From Takakia lepidozioides (lineage: Eukaryota; Plantae; Bryophyta), in assembly GCA_030704615.1 (NCBI GenBank), contig CM060732.1, forward strand, positions 46,686,001 to 46,750,000: DNA of 64,000 nucleotides, in the 5' to 3' direction. Made by a program: the position numbers and the translations under genes. Below, piece by piece: positions 48,173 through 60,947 of this stretch. Numbering within the stretch: the stretch's first letter is position 1; every line of letters starts with the position of its first letter. The notes below the pieces were generated by a model. The model saw only the letters and a program-made list of their open reading frames with translations. It was not told the origin of the DNA and made no database searches.

Positions 48173-49014
48173 GCCCAAGTGCAATCTCCTATGTATCCAA
48201 AGGCATCTCCCATGTGCGTCTCCCATGTCGAGGCCCATCTGAGTCTAGTGTGCAATCCCCAATGTATCCAAGTGCGTCTCCTATGTCAAGGCCCAAATGC
48301 AACCTCTAGGGTAGCATCTTCCAGTGTCATCGAAGCCCCCAAGTGTAAGATCTTCTATGTATCCTAGTGCATATCCTATGACGAGGCCCAAGTGCGACCT
48401 CTAGTGTAGCCTATGCCGTTGGCCTAGTGTGAAGAATTGAAAATCTAAGACCAAGTGCAATTTCTTATGTATCCAAGTGCGTCTTCTATGTCGAGGCCAA
48501 TCTAAGTCCAAGTGCGTCTCGTATGTCGAGGCCCAAATGCGACCTCTAGGGTAACCCCTGCCGTTGGCCCAAGTGTCAAGTGTCATCTAAGTCCCAGTGC
48601 AATCCCCTATGTATCCAAGTGTGTCTCCTATGTCGAGGCCCAAATTATGCGACCTCTAGGGTAGCCTGTGTTGTTGGCCCAAGTGTCCAATGTCATCTAA
48701 GTAATTTTTTTTTTCCACGTAGCCTACGACCAGATTTGAACCGGATACGTTTCCCTTGATATCTCTCTTGTCGAGGCTCCAACCATTGTCCCATTAATGC
48801 CCACTTTGCCATTTTTGCTAATTTTTTGTGAATTTCCATCGACCAAAAGCACTTGGAATTCGACATCTCCCACACCGCAGGTCAAAAAATCGTGAGACCA
48901 AGCCCGTGCACCCCTCCTTGTCGAGGGCTTTCCAACGGTACCAAGCATCAAGGCTGGGGCTTTGCGGTTTGGGACATCTCAACGTGACAAAACAAACCAA
49001 ACTTCTTGCTTCAT
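48147..49014 (-). repeat. Inverted copy of the satellite-bearing element at 42938-45154
   Basis: Reverse complement of the same units and the same head (...gacatctcaac...aaacaaacc...cttgcttcata). A further head fragment lies near 62300-62400. Confidence 0.9.
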
Positions 49015-49729
49015 AGATAGATAGCTGAAAAAACCGGAAACAGAGGTTATCAAATCAAATAACTGCTCAACACTCAAACCTGCTTTCCTTATGATCAGTT
49101 GTCATATCAACTGCTCCAATGCCATAAGATCAGCCAAACAAGTGTGGTAGACAGTCTTTGTGTGAATCTCTAACCATCCATCCACACACTAGACTGGGTC
49201 GCAATCTAGTGTTTTCTCACAATCCTTATTTACATGTTAGGTTGAATTTCTACTACAACGCCATATGGCTCTACACCCATGATCAGTGGGGGCTTATTCA
49301 GCATTGTGTTGTTCTTATTAATTAATATACCTATGGTTCGTGTTTATGTTTTGTTTTTGGGCTTGCGCTTGCAGAGCCCACCACTTATTAACTAGGAAGT
49401 GGTAACTTAGTAAGTACTAGGGAGGGGGCTTGTTTATATACCCTCTCGGGGCGGTGGGCCCTTCTAGAAGCCCGCGGAATCCTCACGCGGGGCAATCCTT
49501 CTAGAAGGTTGTGATGTGTGTAATGTATGAGCCCTAGAAACCGGCATGCCACACCTTCTTATCCAATTTGCAGCCTGAACCCTCCCCCATTTATTAGATG
49601 TCAGCTTCATGCCTTGTTTTTTCTTACCCCCCTTACACAACAGTTAATAATTCAAGTCGTGGTGTAGCTTACTATATCACCCGCTTTTTAATTCCTGGAC
49701 CACTCTCTAATCCTCACACCCGTTAAAAC

Positions 49730-50542
49730 CAGTCTTGGGCGGTTACCCGCCGGACCCAGGTTAACCGCCAGTTCAGGTTCACGTTAACCGGAACCGGGCC
49801 CATTCCTACAGAACCTGACCCATAACCGGAACCTGCCAATGGGGATCGGGGCAAAACCGAACCGGCGGTTCCTGCCGGGTGTGAGAACCGGAGGACCGGG
49901 GTGAGGGGGAGGGGGATAAAAACAGGTTCCGGTTCTTGACCCCTTGGTGGGGCTGGTGGGCCCAGGGCAAAACTTATTTAATGCTCTCAAGCTCCTGAGA
50001 TCCTGGGTTCAATGCTTGAAAGCCATGAGATTCTATGTTCAATGCTTCAGCGCCATGAGATCTTGGGTTCAATCTCAAGCTCCATGATATCCTGGCTAAG
50101 TTCATTAATAGAATGTTTGAAGATGCCAATACTTGCGGTAGCTGAATAATACTTTCAACCCATAAAACTTTACCCATTTTCTTCTACCAGTTTATTTAGA
50201 GTATTTTTGTTTGTTATTTTGTGTTAGTGAAAACTAACAAAATCGTTGGATTTTAATTCAAATATGTGAATACACTGCTATTTAATCTACCGGACTGATA
50301 AAATATTTTAAATCTAATTAAATTAAACAATTTTAAAAAAAAAAATAGAACCGGAACCTAACCGGAACCGATGGTTTTTATCAGCAACTAACCGGTAACC
50401 GGAACCGCCCCAATGTTTAAAAGTTGGATCCAGAACCGGCTCAATAAAAAAAAACCGGAACCGGATCCGAAACCGTCTCTTGAAATAATTGTGGAACCGG
50501 AACCGAAGGTTCCTTCACAAATGCAAGAACTGCCCAACACTG
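49730..50542. mobile_element. Non-autonomous hAT element
   Basis: TIRs cagtcttgggcggtt and cagtgttgggcagtt; exact 8-bp TSD GTTAAAAC (49722-49729, 50543-50550); many subterminal AACCGG repeats. Confidence 0.92.
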
Positions 50543-50559
50543 GTTAAAACCTGGGCCCC

Positions 50560-52550
50560 TTATTGTAAAGGACTCAAGTGAATGTATGTGGGCAAGCCCG
50601 AATTTAATAATAACGATACAAAAAAAAATTAAATAAAAAATTGAACCCAAAACCTGGATGGTAGGTAGTGCCAACTTCGTGGGGCCACATTATTATATAT
50701 CGATGTTTGTTATGTTGGAAAGTTTGACATTTCGTGAGTTGGGTGGCCGGCAGCCTCGTTTGTCTGTTGTGCTGACGCGTGCCGGCGAGTGTGGCCGCTT
50801 GTACGTACATTCTTGCACTGCTCAGGAGGTCACAAACAAACGAGAGAAAGAAGAAAGAACGAAAGAGAGTTATGTACTGGGTCCACTTAGAAGAGATGGT
50901 GATGATAGCCATGATTTTGGGCCATTTCTAAAGATGATTATGTAGTGTGCACAGAGAGAAGAGGAATATTCACTCACAAACAAAGAGACGCTCACAATTA
51001 GATGCAATCACAGGCGGAGGGAGAAGAAGGCCAAAAGAGAGACGGTACTGATCACGAACCACAGTTTGAACGCCATGGCAGATTACAACCCACAAAGGGG
51101 AAGCTCACAGACCACACGGAGACATACGAGAAGTAATGGAGGGTCCACTAGAGTAGTGGGATTACCAGAAGGCTTAGAAGACAGCCCAAGACATTGGGCT
51201 GGGTTACCTTACATAGCTGTTATTATCTGTGCAAGCTTCCTCGCACTCCAGTTGTGGCCGGCGACACATTACAGGCATGATTGGGATCCCACCAGAACAT
51301 GGCACCGGCACCCGAAGCCGGGGGAGGAAGTAGAACATGTTTGGTCGACAGAAGAGACTTCCGTTGACTCCACGACCGAGGTGTATCATGGGGAAGAGCG
51401 GAGCGTTGGAGCTGATCAGAAAGAGACCTATACTCAGGTCAGAGAACACAATCAATTCCCCTTCTCTACAACAGGTGCGATGAAAATTGAGGGCCATGAC
51501 CAGCTTGAAATTTGGTACACTTGGTTTTCCGATGTGATCGCTCGAGATCACGTTGTATGTTCTTTCTCTAAGTTGTTCATAATCATTTTTTGGTTAATAT
51601 TCCATTTTCCTTTGCTACCCTGTACTCTGGGCCTTTACCATGTCAGATGTTGACTTCTATTTTTCCCCTACTCTCCTTCCATGGGCATGTGGAGAAACCT
51701 TGTCTCAAATCAAACACTCGTCAGTTTGGTTATACGTGTTCCTTTTTATATTTTCTCTTTCCAGTGTGAGCTGGTGTCGCATCCACAAAGGTCGAATTCT
51801 GGCGCTGAGGCCATCTACTAGGATTCCGCTCGAAAAAAGCTGGAAAAAACCCCAAAAGCTTTGTAAGATATATCTATATATCTCCCATAAGCGTGGGATG
51901 GGGCTAGGATGGCACTCGAAAGGGCCTTCCTTATGTTAGCCGATCTATGTTAACGATGTAGTTCAGGTCCTGTCTAGTGATTTCGTTGTCTAGTTTCAGA
52001 TGTTGTCAGTGGGTGCTACCCAATGAACTCGAAGACTTACCTACGACATAATCTTGATATGGAGTGTTACTTACCTGGAAAGTAAATTGACTAACTTAGC
52101 GGTAATACAGAATGCTGGATATATCGCAGACGGTCTGCCTCGCCTTCCGATGAAATCCGACGCCGGTGTACCGAGTGCTGAGAATGTCACAGACTCGGGT
52201 TTGCCAATATCGCTGCCTTCTGCATCGGATGAAGGAACAAACTGGCAGGAGATAGTGCTGTCACTACAGAAGAGATTACAAGAGCAAGAGAAGACACTAC
52301 AACAGAATCAGATTAAACTGGCTGCGCTGGAAGAGCATGTGCGAGATTCGCCCAAAGTAGGAGGGTAGCTCGGTCGCAGGGCTGCAAATCGTAAGCAGGT
52401 TGCGTGGGAGTTAATCCGAGTCTGCAGCCATGGCTCTTATGACTTGTAACATCATTCAAACTCTTCATGAATGACTGTCGTTAGTATGACAAGTGTGCCT
52501 TGATATAGGGGAGCCCTAATAATACAAAGGAAAGTTCCCAGCAGCTCTTT
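50560..52550. repeat. Right arm of the inverted segmental duplication
   Basis: Reverse complement of 26283-29090 without the hAT insertion. Confidence 0.95.
51075..52368 (+). CDS. Unknown gene, copy B (single TM near the N-terminus); possibly truncated
   Basis: Exon 1 is 51075-51554 with a GTATGT donor. Putative exon 2 from 51765 has a 33-nt deletion relative to copy A and TAG at 51819-51821. A downstream coiled-coil ORF ends at 52368. The full splice model is uncertain. Confidence 0.5.
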
Positions 52551-53267
52551 CCGTTGTGTAAAGGCTCCAAGACTGTATGAAGCGCAATTTCTGCCTTGAA
52601 GGCAAAACAGTTTTGTCTGTCATGGAATAGTCATGTGTGGCTGCAAAGTTTTCCATCTGATAGCAGAAAGTGTGATCACTGATCTCTTCTTGGCCTGTCC
52701 GACAAAGGAGTATTTGCTTCCGCATCCACGGACATGTGTTAAGACTTTGTGTCTGACCATTTTTCCTCCTCTAGTCATGGCACTTGTCATCCTCAAAGTT
52801 CCCATTCTGCAACTCTTTCTCTCATACTTTTGCCACCACACTGTATATCTTTCACTCCTTTGAGTTTCCCCCACATAGATTCTGCAAACATGTGGGGAGA
52901 GAGGTGTGACCATGGTAGTAGGCAACATCTGATGTACAAACTCCTCTTGAAAGCAAAGCTACATGGCAACAACAGAGTCAGGCAGAGGCACAACTGAGAA
53001 GGGCCTGTGGAAGGAGTTGGAACCAGACTCACCAACATGCAGGCATCTTGTAATCACATATCAATGCTCATTCCAATCTTGATATTGGGATCATCACATG
53101 AAAACATGTCCTCACTTTGATGCAAACAAGAACCCGATGCACTAGGTGCAAAATAATTTGTCCAGCAGGCTGGGTAATCCCATCACCAATTGGGCGACAG
53201 GTCATTTCACATCTCCATGATCGTTGAGTCCGACAAGTAACTGTGTAGTTGCAACCCTGGCTACAGA

Positions 53268-56200
53268 TCAACTTGTCTGGCAAGGAGCCTGATCCCCAGC
53301 CTCAATGCAGCCATCCTCCTCATCGTCTTCCTCATCCTCCAACTCATCCACCTTCTTGCTCTCATCGTTGACCCGCCGCACAAACTGCCCTCTATTTCGG
53401 GGTCGCTGTTCAGCCAGCCGCTTTCGACTCATGTACCTTATCTTCTTTTCGAAGAACCTGTCTTTCCGCTTCTGCCTAAATTTGCTCAACGCCACCTCCC
53501 GCCTCCCAGCTTGCTCCAACTTGTTCCCAGTTACAGGGTCACCTGGCATTGGGGACCATGCGAGGGGAAACTGGCTGTTCAAATGGGAGACTGGCAGAGT
53601 TATCGGGTAAAAAGAGAATGCATTAGGGGGTAGAAGGCCGTGACTAGGGGGCATCAATTGGACAGCTCCGATCCCTGGATAAATGCTAAGCGGGCCCTCA
53701 TGTGGCAATTGGGGTACAACATGCAGACCCGACTGCATTACAGCTGGAGAGTAGAGTGAGGGCTGCACAAAACCAGGTGGAAGAAGGGAGGAACTCCCAA
53801 TGCCGCCAATGGCACCAGCCAACCCACCCTGTATGCCACCTTGGGACTGAATCTGCTTGACCGTAGGCTGATCACCTTGAGGATACCTCATCACTGGATT
53901 GCATGGTAAAGATGGAGTAATCCAATGGCCGTGATTACCGCAGGTATCTGCATCCCCTATCCCACTGTGACTCCATCCATGAGTAGACCCTGGCGTTGCT
54001 GCCTCCCAATGTGAAGGGCCAGCTGAATGCCTAAGGTTTTGGTCTTGTACTACGAGAGGCACGTCCTGTGGGATGCTGTATCTATGCTGCCCATCTACTG
54101 AACAATCAAGATTCCCCATGCACTCAATGGAAGGGCATTCAGTTGCAAAGCTATCATTTGCCATCCTGTCATCCAGGTGGCTTCCACCCCTCATGCGATT
54201 GCTTGCAGGACTTTCAAGCACCGCACGTTCCTGAAAGCACTGTCTACTTGTTGCCCGGTCATGCACGTGAGTTCCACTTGCTGTCAATCCATGCACAGGG
54301 GCTCCATCCGCTGTATGTGCCTGCGTGTGCTTTACAGTTGTTGCCCGTTCGGTCACAACCCGTGCATATGTGAGAAACGCAGATGACCCAGGCACTCTGA
54401 GCTCACTCCTTTTTGGCAGTTCTGGAAGCGATACTGCATTGACCATCAGATGCCCCAGTCACTAACTGAAAAGACAAAAGAAATGTGATTGCAGAACTAG
54501 ACAGCAAATAGACCTGACCAGGAGACCCTCCATAGTGCTCCAGTCTAGCCCTCCCAGGGGTGTCAGTTGCTTTCGACATGGTTCATTTGTACGAGCATAT
54601 ATCAATGTGAGAGCCTAGTGAACTCGAACTCCACTTGAGAAGTAACCAAAGACTCAAAGATAGCCACATCCTCGTTAAAGGACAGCACAGCAGATGATAA
54701 GAGCATATTAGATAAGAACAAAAATAACCAGAATGTAATAACATAAATGACTGACATAGCCTGCATGATATGATTTCCGACAGGTAGCAGTGCTGTCCCC
54801 CAAATCCCACAGTGGCCTCTGGCATGTTCACACTCAGGTGCAAGTAGAGTTTTGACCTCCATACACAACCCCCGTCAATTTATGGTCACAAGCTCTGGAT
54901 TGGAGCATTTCACTGCTCTGGTAAATGTCTCAAGCACAATCTGCTTGCCTCTTGCAATCTTCCAGAACCTTAAAATCTTTTCCATCATTCAACGGGGACC
55001 ACCACACCCACCCCTCAACCATACTAGTTAGGCAATACTGCCACAATGGACCTGTAGATACCCCTATAAGTCCAATCTCAACGTGTTTGCCTGCAGAGTT
55101 GCGACACCTAGGAAAATCATGTACCACAGTGAGGGCCCTACCTGGCTTGGGCACCGAGCCTGAAGGTTCATGTGGTCCATTTGCCATCCAAGGTTCTCTT
55201 AATCCATCTGACGAAGGCTTCAACGAAAGGTCCAATGCTGGTGAGCTCTCCGACTGCATGCAGTCACAGAAACTCACAGAAACTTCAACGCACTATCTTA
55301 CACACGGACACTAACTGGCCATCACAAGCTGTAGACCGAATCTCTCCGACTGAAAGCAGTCACAGAAACTTCAATGCACTATCTGTCACATGGACATCAA
55401 CTGGCCATCACAAGTAGACCAAATATCATGATTTTGTACTCAATCAATTCAAGAGACCATTAATCCATGGGTGGGACTTCGAGATGGGTCCCACAGCTTT
55501 AATGAATGTGATGCCAGATAAGAAACAATTTTGTGGCAGTGACAGAAGAAGTACCAGATTTGCACACTCTAAGGAATCCTAGAACTTAGTCGTGGCAGAC
55601 ACCAGGTCTGTCAATTCTGAACATCAAATATATATGACAAAATAGTCAGTCCGTTGCAGATTCTCATGTGGGATTTGGCTCTCCACAAGATCAACTGAAT
55701 TTCCCTCTCAATAGACGCAACAAGAGATACAGAGAAGACATACCAATGTTTGGCTACCATGCTCCATAGAATTGACAACAAGAGTCTTGCTCAGGCTGTC
55801 TTCTGAAAACAGGTCAGTGCTCAGAGATTCACTTGTGTCAAGACAGTCGATAACTGATGGCGGGTCATTGATATTCAGACTTCCCCTTATGAGCTGCCTT
55901 TCACTCAACCCCAGCTGTATGGAAGAAGAACAACAACAAATCAGTGAAACGTTTTTTCCTTAAAACTTCCAAGTTCAAGTGGTGCACCCTCTGAATGAGA
56001 TCTGTACTGTCCAGTCCATGGATGTCTAGATACCTATTCACGTACTTTTGGTCATGATTAATTTAGTCTAGTCTGAGAGAAAAAATTGAAGTACCACTTT
56101 TCATGCACTTAACCGGAACACACAAGTAACCCAGACACAAGGGCAGAACAAATCTTTTCTGTCCACATGGCAATCCCAACCAGACCAAAGTTGGTCGCAC

Positions 56201-59116
56201 CTCCTGTTCAATGAGGCAAAGCTAGCTCCAGTGTGCCTCATCAATGAAAGTCTAAAAAGTTCTGAGGAGGTGAGCAGTGCACCATGCGACGTCTGCGCCA
56301 CATGTGAGTCCATAAATTGAGCAACTCATTGGTGCGAAGAGGCTTCACAAGATAGTCAGCAGCACCTAGCTGCAAGCACTTGACCACCACCGCCACTTCA
56401 TCTCGAGCAGACATCACTGTCACGAAAAAAAACCAGATGCAGCTCAATTACTTGATTTTGAACTTGAACCTGCACATTGCGAGTCCCTTTCTCTCTCCCC
56501 ATGAAGTTTCTTTTTTGCTTCTTTCTTTGTCTCTCCCTCCCTCTTCACTTGTTCCTTGTTACCCAAAGAACTCTTTATCCCCAAATACTGCAAGCCTTCT
56601 TGTTGTTCAAATTGCATCAGTGCTGATAAAGCACCGTGCACATGTCACCTCCAAGAAGATGAAGCATCCAAATCCAATGACCTCAAACGCATAGAGTATG
56701 GTGTCCAGATGCCTCCACGTCTTATCTTACTCAGACAGCTGACAGGACATCCCAGTGATAAGGGCACAGCACTGAGCAACTCACTCAATGTCAAGACACA
56801 CCCTTCATGCACACCGGAAAGCTCCAGCAGTAAATTCACACACACGACATTAGATTTTGCTATCCAGACATAGTGGTGCTACTTACTAACAATAGGGATC
56901 TGCTTGAGTTGTTCTTCCTTCATAATGTGCTTCAACATCTTGAAACCCTTCCCCTGTGGAAGCTCAACCTCTGCCAGTATGAGATCCACATCTGACATAT
57001 TTGCCCTCAGCACATCCAGAACCTGTCGAACAGTCTTCACTTCTGTCACTGCTTACAACCGAGTAAAAAGATTGTCAGGGCAGTAACTTAGCCAGAGGTG
57101 ACTCAAGAGAAGCAACAACTCCCCCATCTCCTGAATTGTTCCGCATAGGAATATACAGTGTTTTCATAATAATCGGACCCACAAACAAGTATGTCATTGA
57201 CCAATCACCCGACCTTAGGTGGAAAGGACGAGTGCCTACCACATGTCAGGAGATACGAAAAGAACTGGAGAAGGGAAAAAGTTGTTCAAAAAAGATCACA
57301 TAACTCTCATATGAGAGACTGACATAACCAGCAAACCCACTATCCACAAGAGCTAATACTCTATAACGGGTGGCAGCACATGTACTGCAGTAGTCAGATA
57401 TGTGTCAAGGGGTTCAGCAAAATCTCCAAAATATCAGTAAGCTTCTCCTCCCTCCCTTAAACCAACGGATAACAGGCAGCCTGCCGCACAAGCCCCTGGA
57501 TGATTATTGTGGGAGGAACCTGCAATCAACCCCAGTCAAAGTTAACATGTGCCTGTGGGTCTGAGAGGAACTTTATAGACGATCGGGGATGATAGTTCTT
57601 CCAGCAATTTTTTGGTCCAGATGGATGGACAAAAAGTTTTAATGGAATTTATCGGTGGCACAGAAGGCTCCTCTGATCAGATAGAGAAAGACCTACGAGA
57701 CTCAGACAGTACCTGGAGTTTACGAATCCTACCAAAGAACAGAAGGGAAGCCTGGCAGCTGTAACACTGACAGAATATAAGGACCAGCAATCAGAGAAAT
57801 GCGTCGAGACCACGAGATTGTAGAACCATGCATACTTTCAGCCACTTCAAACTTATGAGTTGAAAGGCAGTCTCTAGTCCAACCGTGGCATCTTCACTGA
57901 GTCCCTGTCCAGCGAACCCTGTTGTTTTTTGAAGTGTGACTAACCACAAGATCAAGGCTTTGAGACAGCTTGGAAAACCAAAGAGCACATGCTTCTCTTT
58001 GGAAAAGTGGTCATGCGATGTCCTCTAACCCTACAAAAATTACTTCAGCCACAATCCCAAGGAGATGAGGAGATTTTCTGGTGTGCAGAGACTGGCACTT
58101 ACCCCTAGATATGCTGGGAGGCTCCCCCTCCATTAAAACTGGATGACATTTATTTGAAAACAGATTGATTGTAGAGCTCTTGTGCCCACACACTTATAAG
58201 CGCAAAGATGCTGCTAGGACCTTGATGAATTATAACATCTCCTAGGTTGTGATACTGAGTTAAACCTCAGACCACAGGGAGGGTTTCCATGGCAGTAAAA
58301 GCCAGCTAGTAAGACATCTTGTATTGCACCTTTAGTGTAAGCTTGGCAGAAAAGCACCAATAAATGAACTCACACCATGCTAGTCACGTGAACACCAGAA
58401 AAAATTGACTAGCTATGTGTAAAATAAGACCATTTGGCACCAAAAACCCTGGTGATCTTCAGATTGACCCATCCCTTTGACATTGTGAGTAGAAATTTTT
58501 GTCACACAGCAGAGACACAAACAACATGAAAGAGGTAGAATTAGAGACAACCAAACAAAAATAAAGCCTCGGTTCTTCCCTCAGACGTCTATAATGCCTA
58601 AGTTGCTACTTCTTGTTAAACCAAGGTAATCACCTTGCAGAATGAATCTGTATCCACTCCATGCATTCATCATCCTGGCATGTATGCAGTATCCCTTGAG
58701 TTTTTCTATTATTGCAGTGGCAGGTCTCCACAACAGTAGTCTACTATAGTGACTGAAGTTGGCTGGTCTCTTTCCCAGATCTTCCTACACTCATGTTAAA
58801 CCTATGAAAGAAATCTGATATAGACACATACCCTCCTGAAGCCTGATGCAGAAATTGGTCCCTGAACTTCTAAGATATACTAGGATACTTTTTCTCAACA
58901 CAGAAATGACGGCACAAAAACCACTGATTCTACAGCTATTTCTCACACAGTCAGCCTCACCAGAATAAAATTACCTTTGTACGCACAGCCGCGGAGTAGA
59001 TCGCCAACTTCATGTGAGGTACTGGGATCCCAGAGAAGAATACGAACCCTGCTCCGATCAAACAACAGGCCACTGCCACGCGGCGGCACCCCACCAGAAC
59101 TTGAATCAAGTATCAT
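53268..59116 (-). CDS. TOC1: Pseudo-response regulator TOC1/PRR1, 628 aa
   Basis: Exons 59116-58975, 57048-56887, 56416-56283, 55914-55744, 55253-55142 and 54433-53268 (1887 nt, phases consistent). [14 protein letters not shown] (Glu at the phosphoacceptor site), [47 protein letters not shown] domain [16 protein letters not shown]...[10 protein letters not shown]. Confidence 0.93.
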
Positions 59117-60789
59117 GTTGCACTATGCTATAATGCTAGGCACACATTCGGGCACTCCTCACCGGCTTCCATGCAGCTCCAAGTGCTGCGGCCATGCCAC
59201 TGACAACTGGTACTCTGTAGCCACAACTATGAATCTACTTGGCCTTTATGCATCTCTTCTTTGTGCGATCCGTTGTAACTTGCTCCTGACATCCTCCCTC
59301 TTCGATCACGTGCCTTGTGACCATTACTGGCTGTAAAGAATCCAGCAGGAAGAAGAACACCACAGGCCGGCCTCCCTCTCTCTTCAAAGTAGCACTTGTG
59401 ATGAAATAACACTCAACCTTAAAAATGGAAAGGGGTGAGCTATGAGGTCTAAGGCAGTTTGAACTAACGCTTTATACCCAGTCTCGCTGGAAGGTCAATC
59501 GCATACGCTAGACCACCAGACCACCATACTTTGAGTCAAAGTATAGACATATCGCTAATGATGGGGAACAGCACCGTTGACTGTCTGGACAGTAGCCCTT
59601 TTGATAAAAGAAGGAACACTCTTCCACAAAAAATCAGAAGAGACTGACCCTTCGCAGACAGAGAAATAGATCCTCGCAACTATGGATTCCAGGGAGTGGA
59701 TGCTGCTTGTTCCAGCGTCTTCTGATAGATCTAGGCTTCTGCGGCTCGCGTTGTGGAATGCACCGCGAAATCATCTATAACAGACAACCAAATCAAATGA
59801 AGCCAAAATGGCGACGGACAGCAGCAGAACATTAGGAAATAAACATTTGAAACAGCAAACCAGACCAGCTTGACTCATGAAAACCTCTTCCAGAACGGCT
59901 GTAGAGCATCACAAAAAATCTAACCAAACCGAAACTGAAACAACACCATCACGGTCAACTAGCATACACAGAATCCCTTGAAAAACGCTCCAAAAACCCT
60001 ATCCACACCAAGTACATCTTCTTCACAAGGCGCACGCAGCACGGCTGGAGTGCCGACGGACAACATGGACCTCTCATCAGCTCTTCGGCCTTTCCATCTC
60101 CACAAACCAACGCCACCATCCCACAGCCTTCACATTCTAAGTTACTTTACCATGGAGTATTGTTTGCAGGCCTGCGATTGGGCACCATCCCAGGCAGTAT
60201 TGTTTTCGTTACCGCCATTGGGCCCTATCTGCACTCTTTGCGAGGCTGCCATTGGAGGAGGCCCAATCTAGGATACCCTAAGCAGGTCCACGAAGGCGTA
60301 GATCTGGCACACTTCGCGCACAATCAGGGCCCATCCCAACACGATAAGTGCAAACCCTAAAGGGCTTGGATTTCGGCAGCCTTCCACACCATGACGCCGG
60401 CCACCTGTCGACGGCACCTTTTGGTTGACCTCAACCCGCCACCCTGCCCCCCTTTCCAGCAACTGGCCGATGTACTCTGCCCGCTTGAAAACAGCTGAGC
60501 CCGCCCAGAAAACAATAATAATGTTTTTAATCGTTTTGTTTTTTTTGAATAAAGGGGATGAAGCCCCGTTATTCGTTTTATTAAATAAAAAGGCGTTGGC
60601 CAATTGATCAATTTTAGTTGAAAGGCATGATACACATCCATGGGATGAGGGAAGAGCCCGAGACATAATCAAGAGAGACCGCCGACATGCCCAGAACCAG
60701 AAGGGGCCGGGGATGATTTTTATTTTTATTTTTATAAAGGGAAACACCTGGGAGCGACAGCTCACAAATCAGGCCCCTTGATAGAGAGA

Positions 60790-60947
60790 GGAGAAAATAA
60801 CCTCTCAGTCACCTCGCCGTAAGGCTTTCAGATGCCACACCGGGCAGAGAAGGGGGAGAAGAGCGTACCACACCCGTCAAGTAGCAGAATTTGACCCCAG
60901 GGTCATCCGGATGCACTCAGCGCACTTTACCAACTGAGCTACTGACT
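60790..60947 (-). mobile_element. tRNA-derived SINE upstream of TOC1
   Basis: Minus-strand A box tagctcagttgg (60941-60930) and B-box-like ggtcaaattc (60896-60887); no full cloverleaf. Confidence 0.5.

Noticed and set aside
26283-52550. A single hairpin-RNA precursor formed by the inverted arms
   Set aside because: The arms are about 21.5 kb apart and the two gene copies point away from each other, so one fold-back transcript is unlikely.
54434-54467. ATG at 54446 or the acceptor at 54466 as the start of the last TOC1 exon
   Set aside because: The upstream acceptor gives an in-frame stop; only the acceptor opening the exon at 54433 fits the phase of exon 5.
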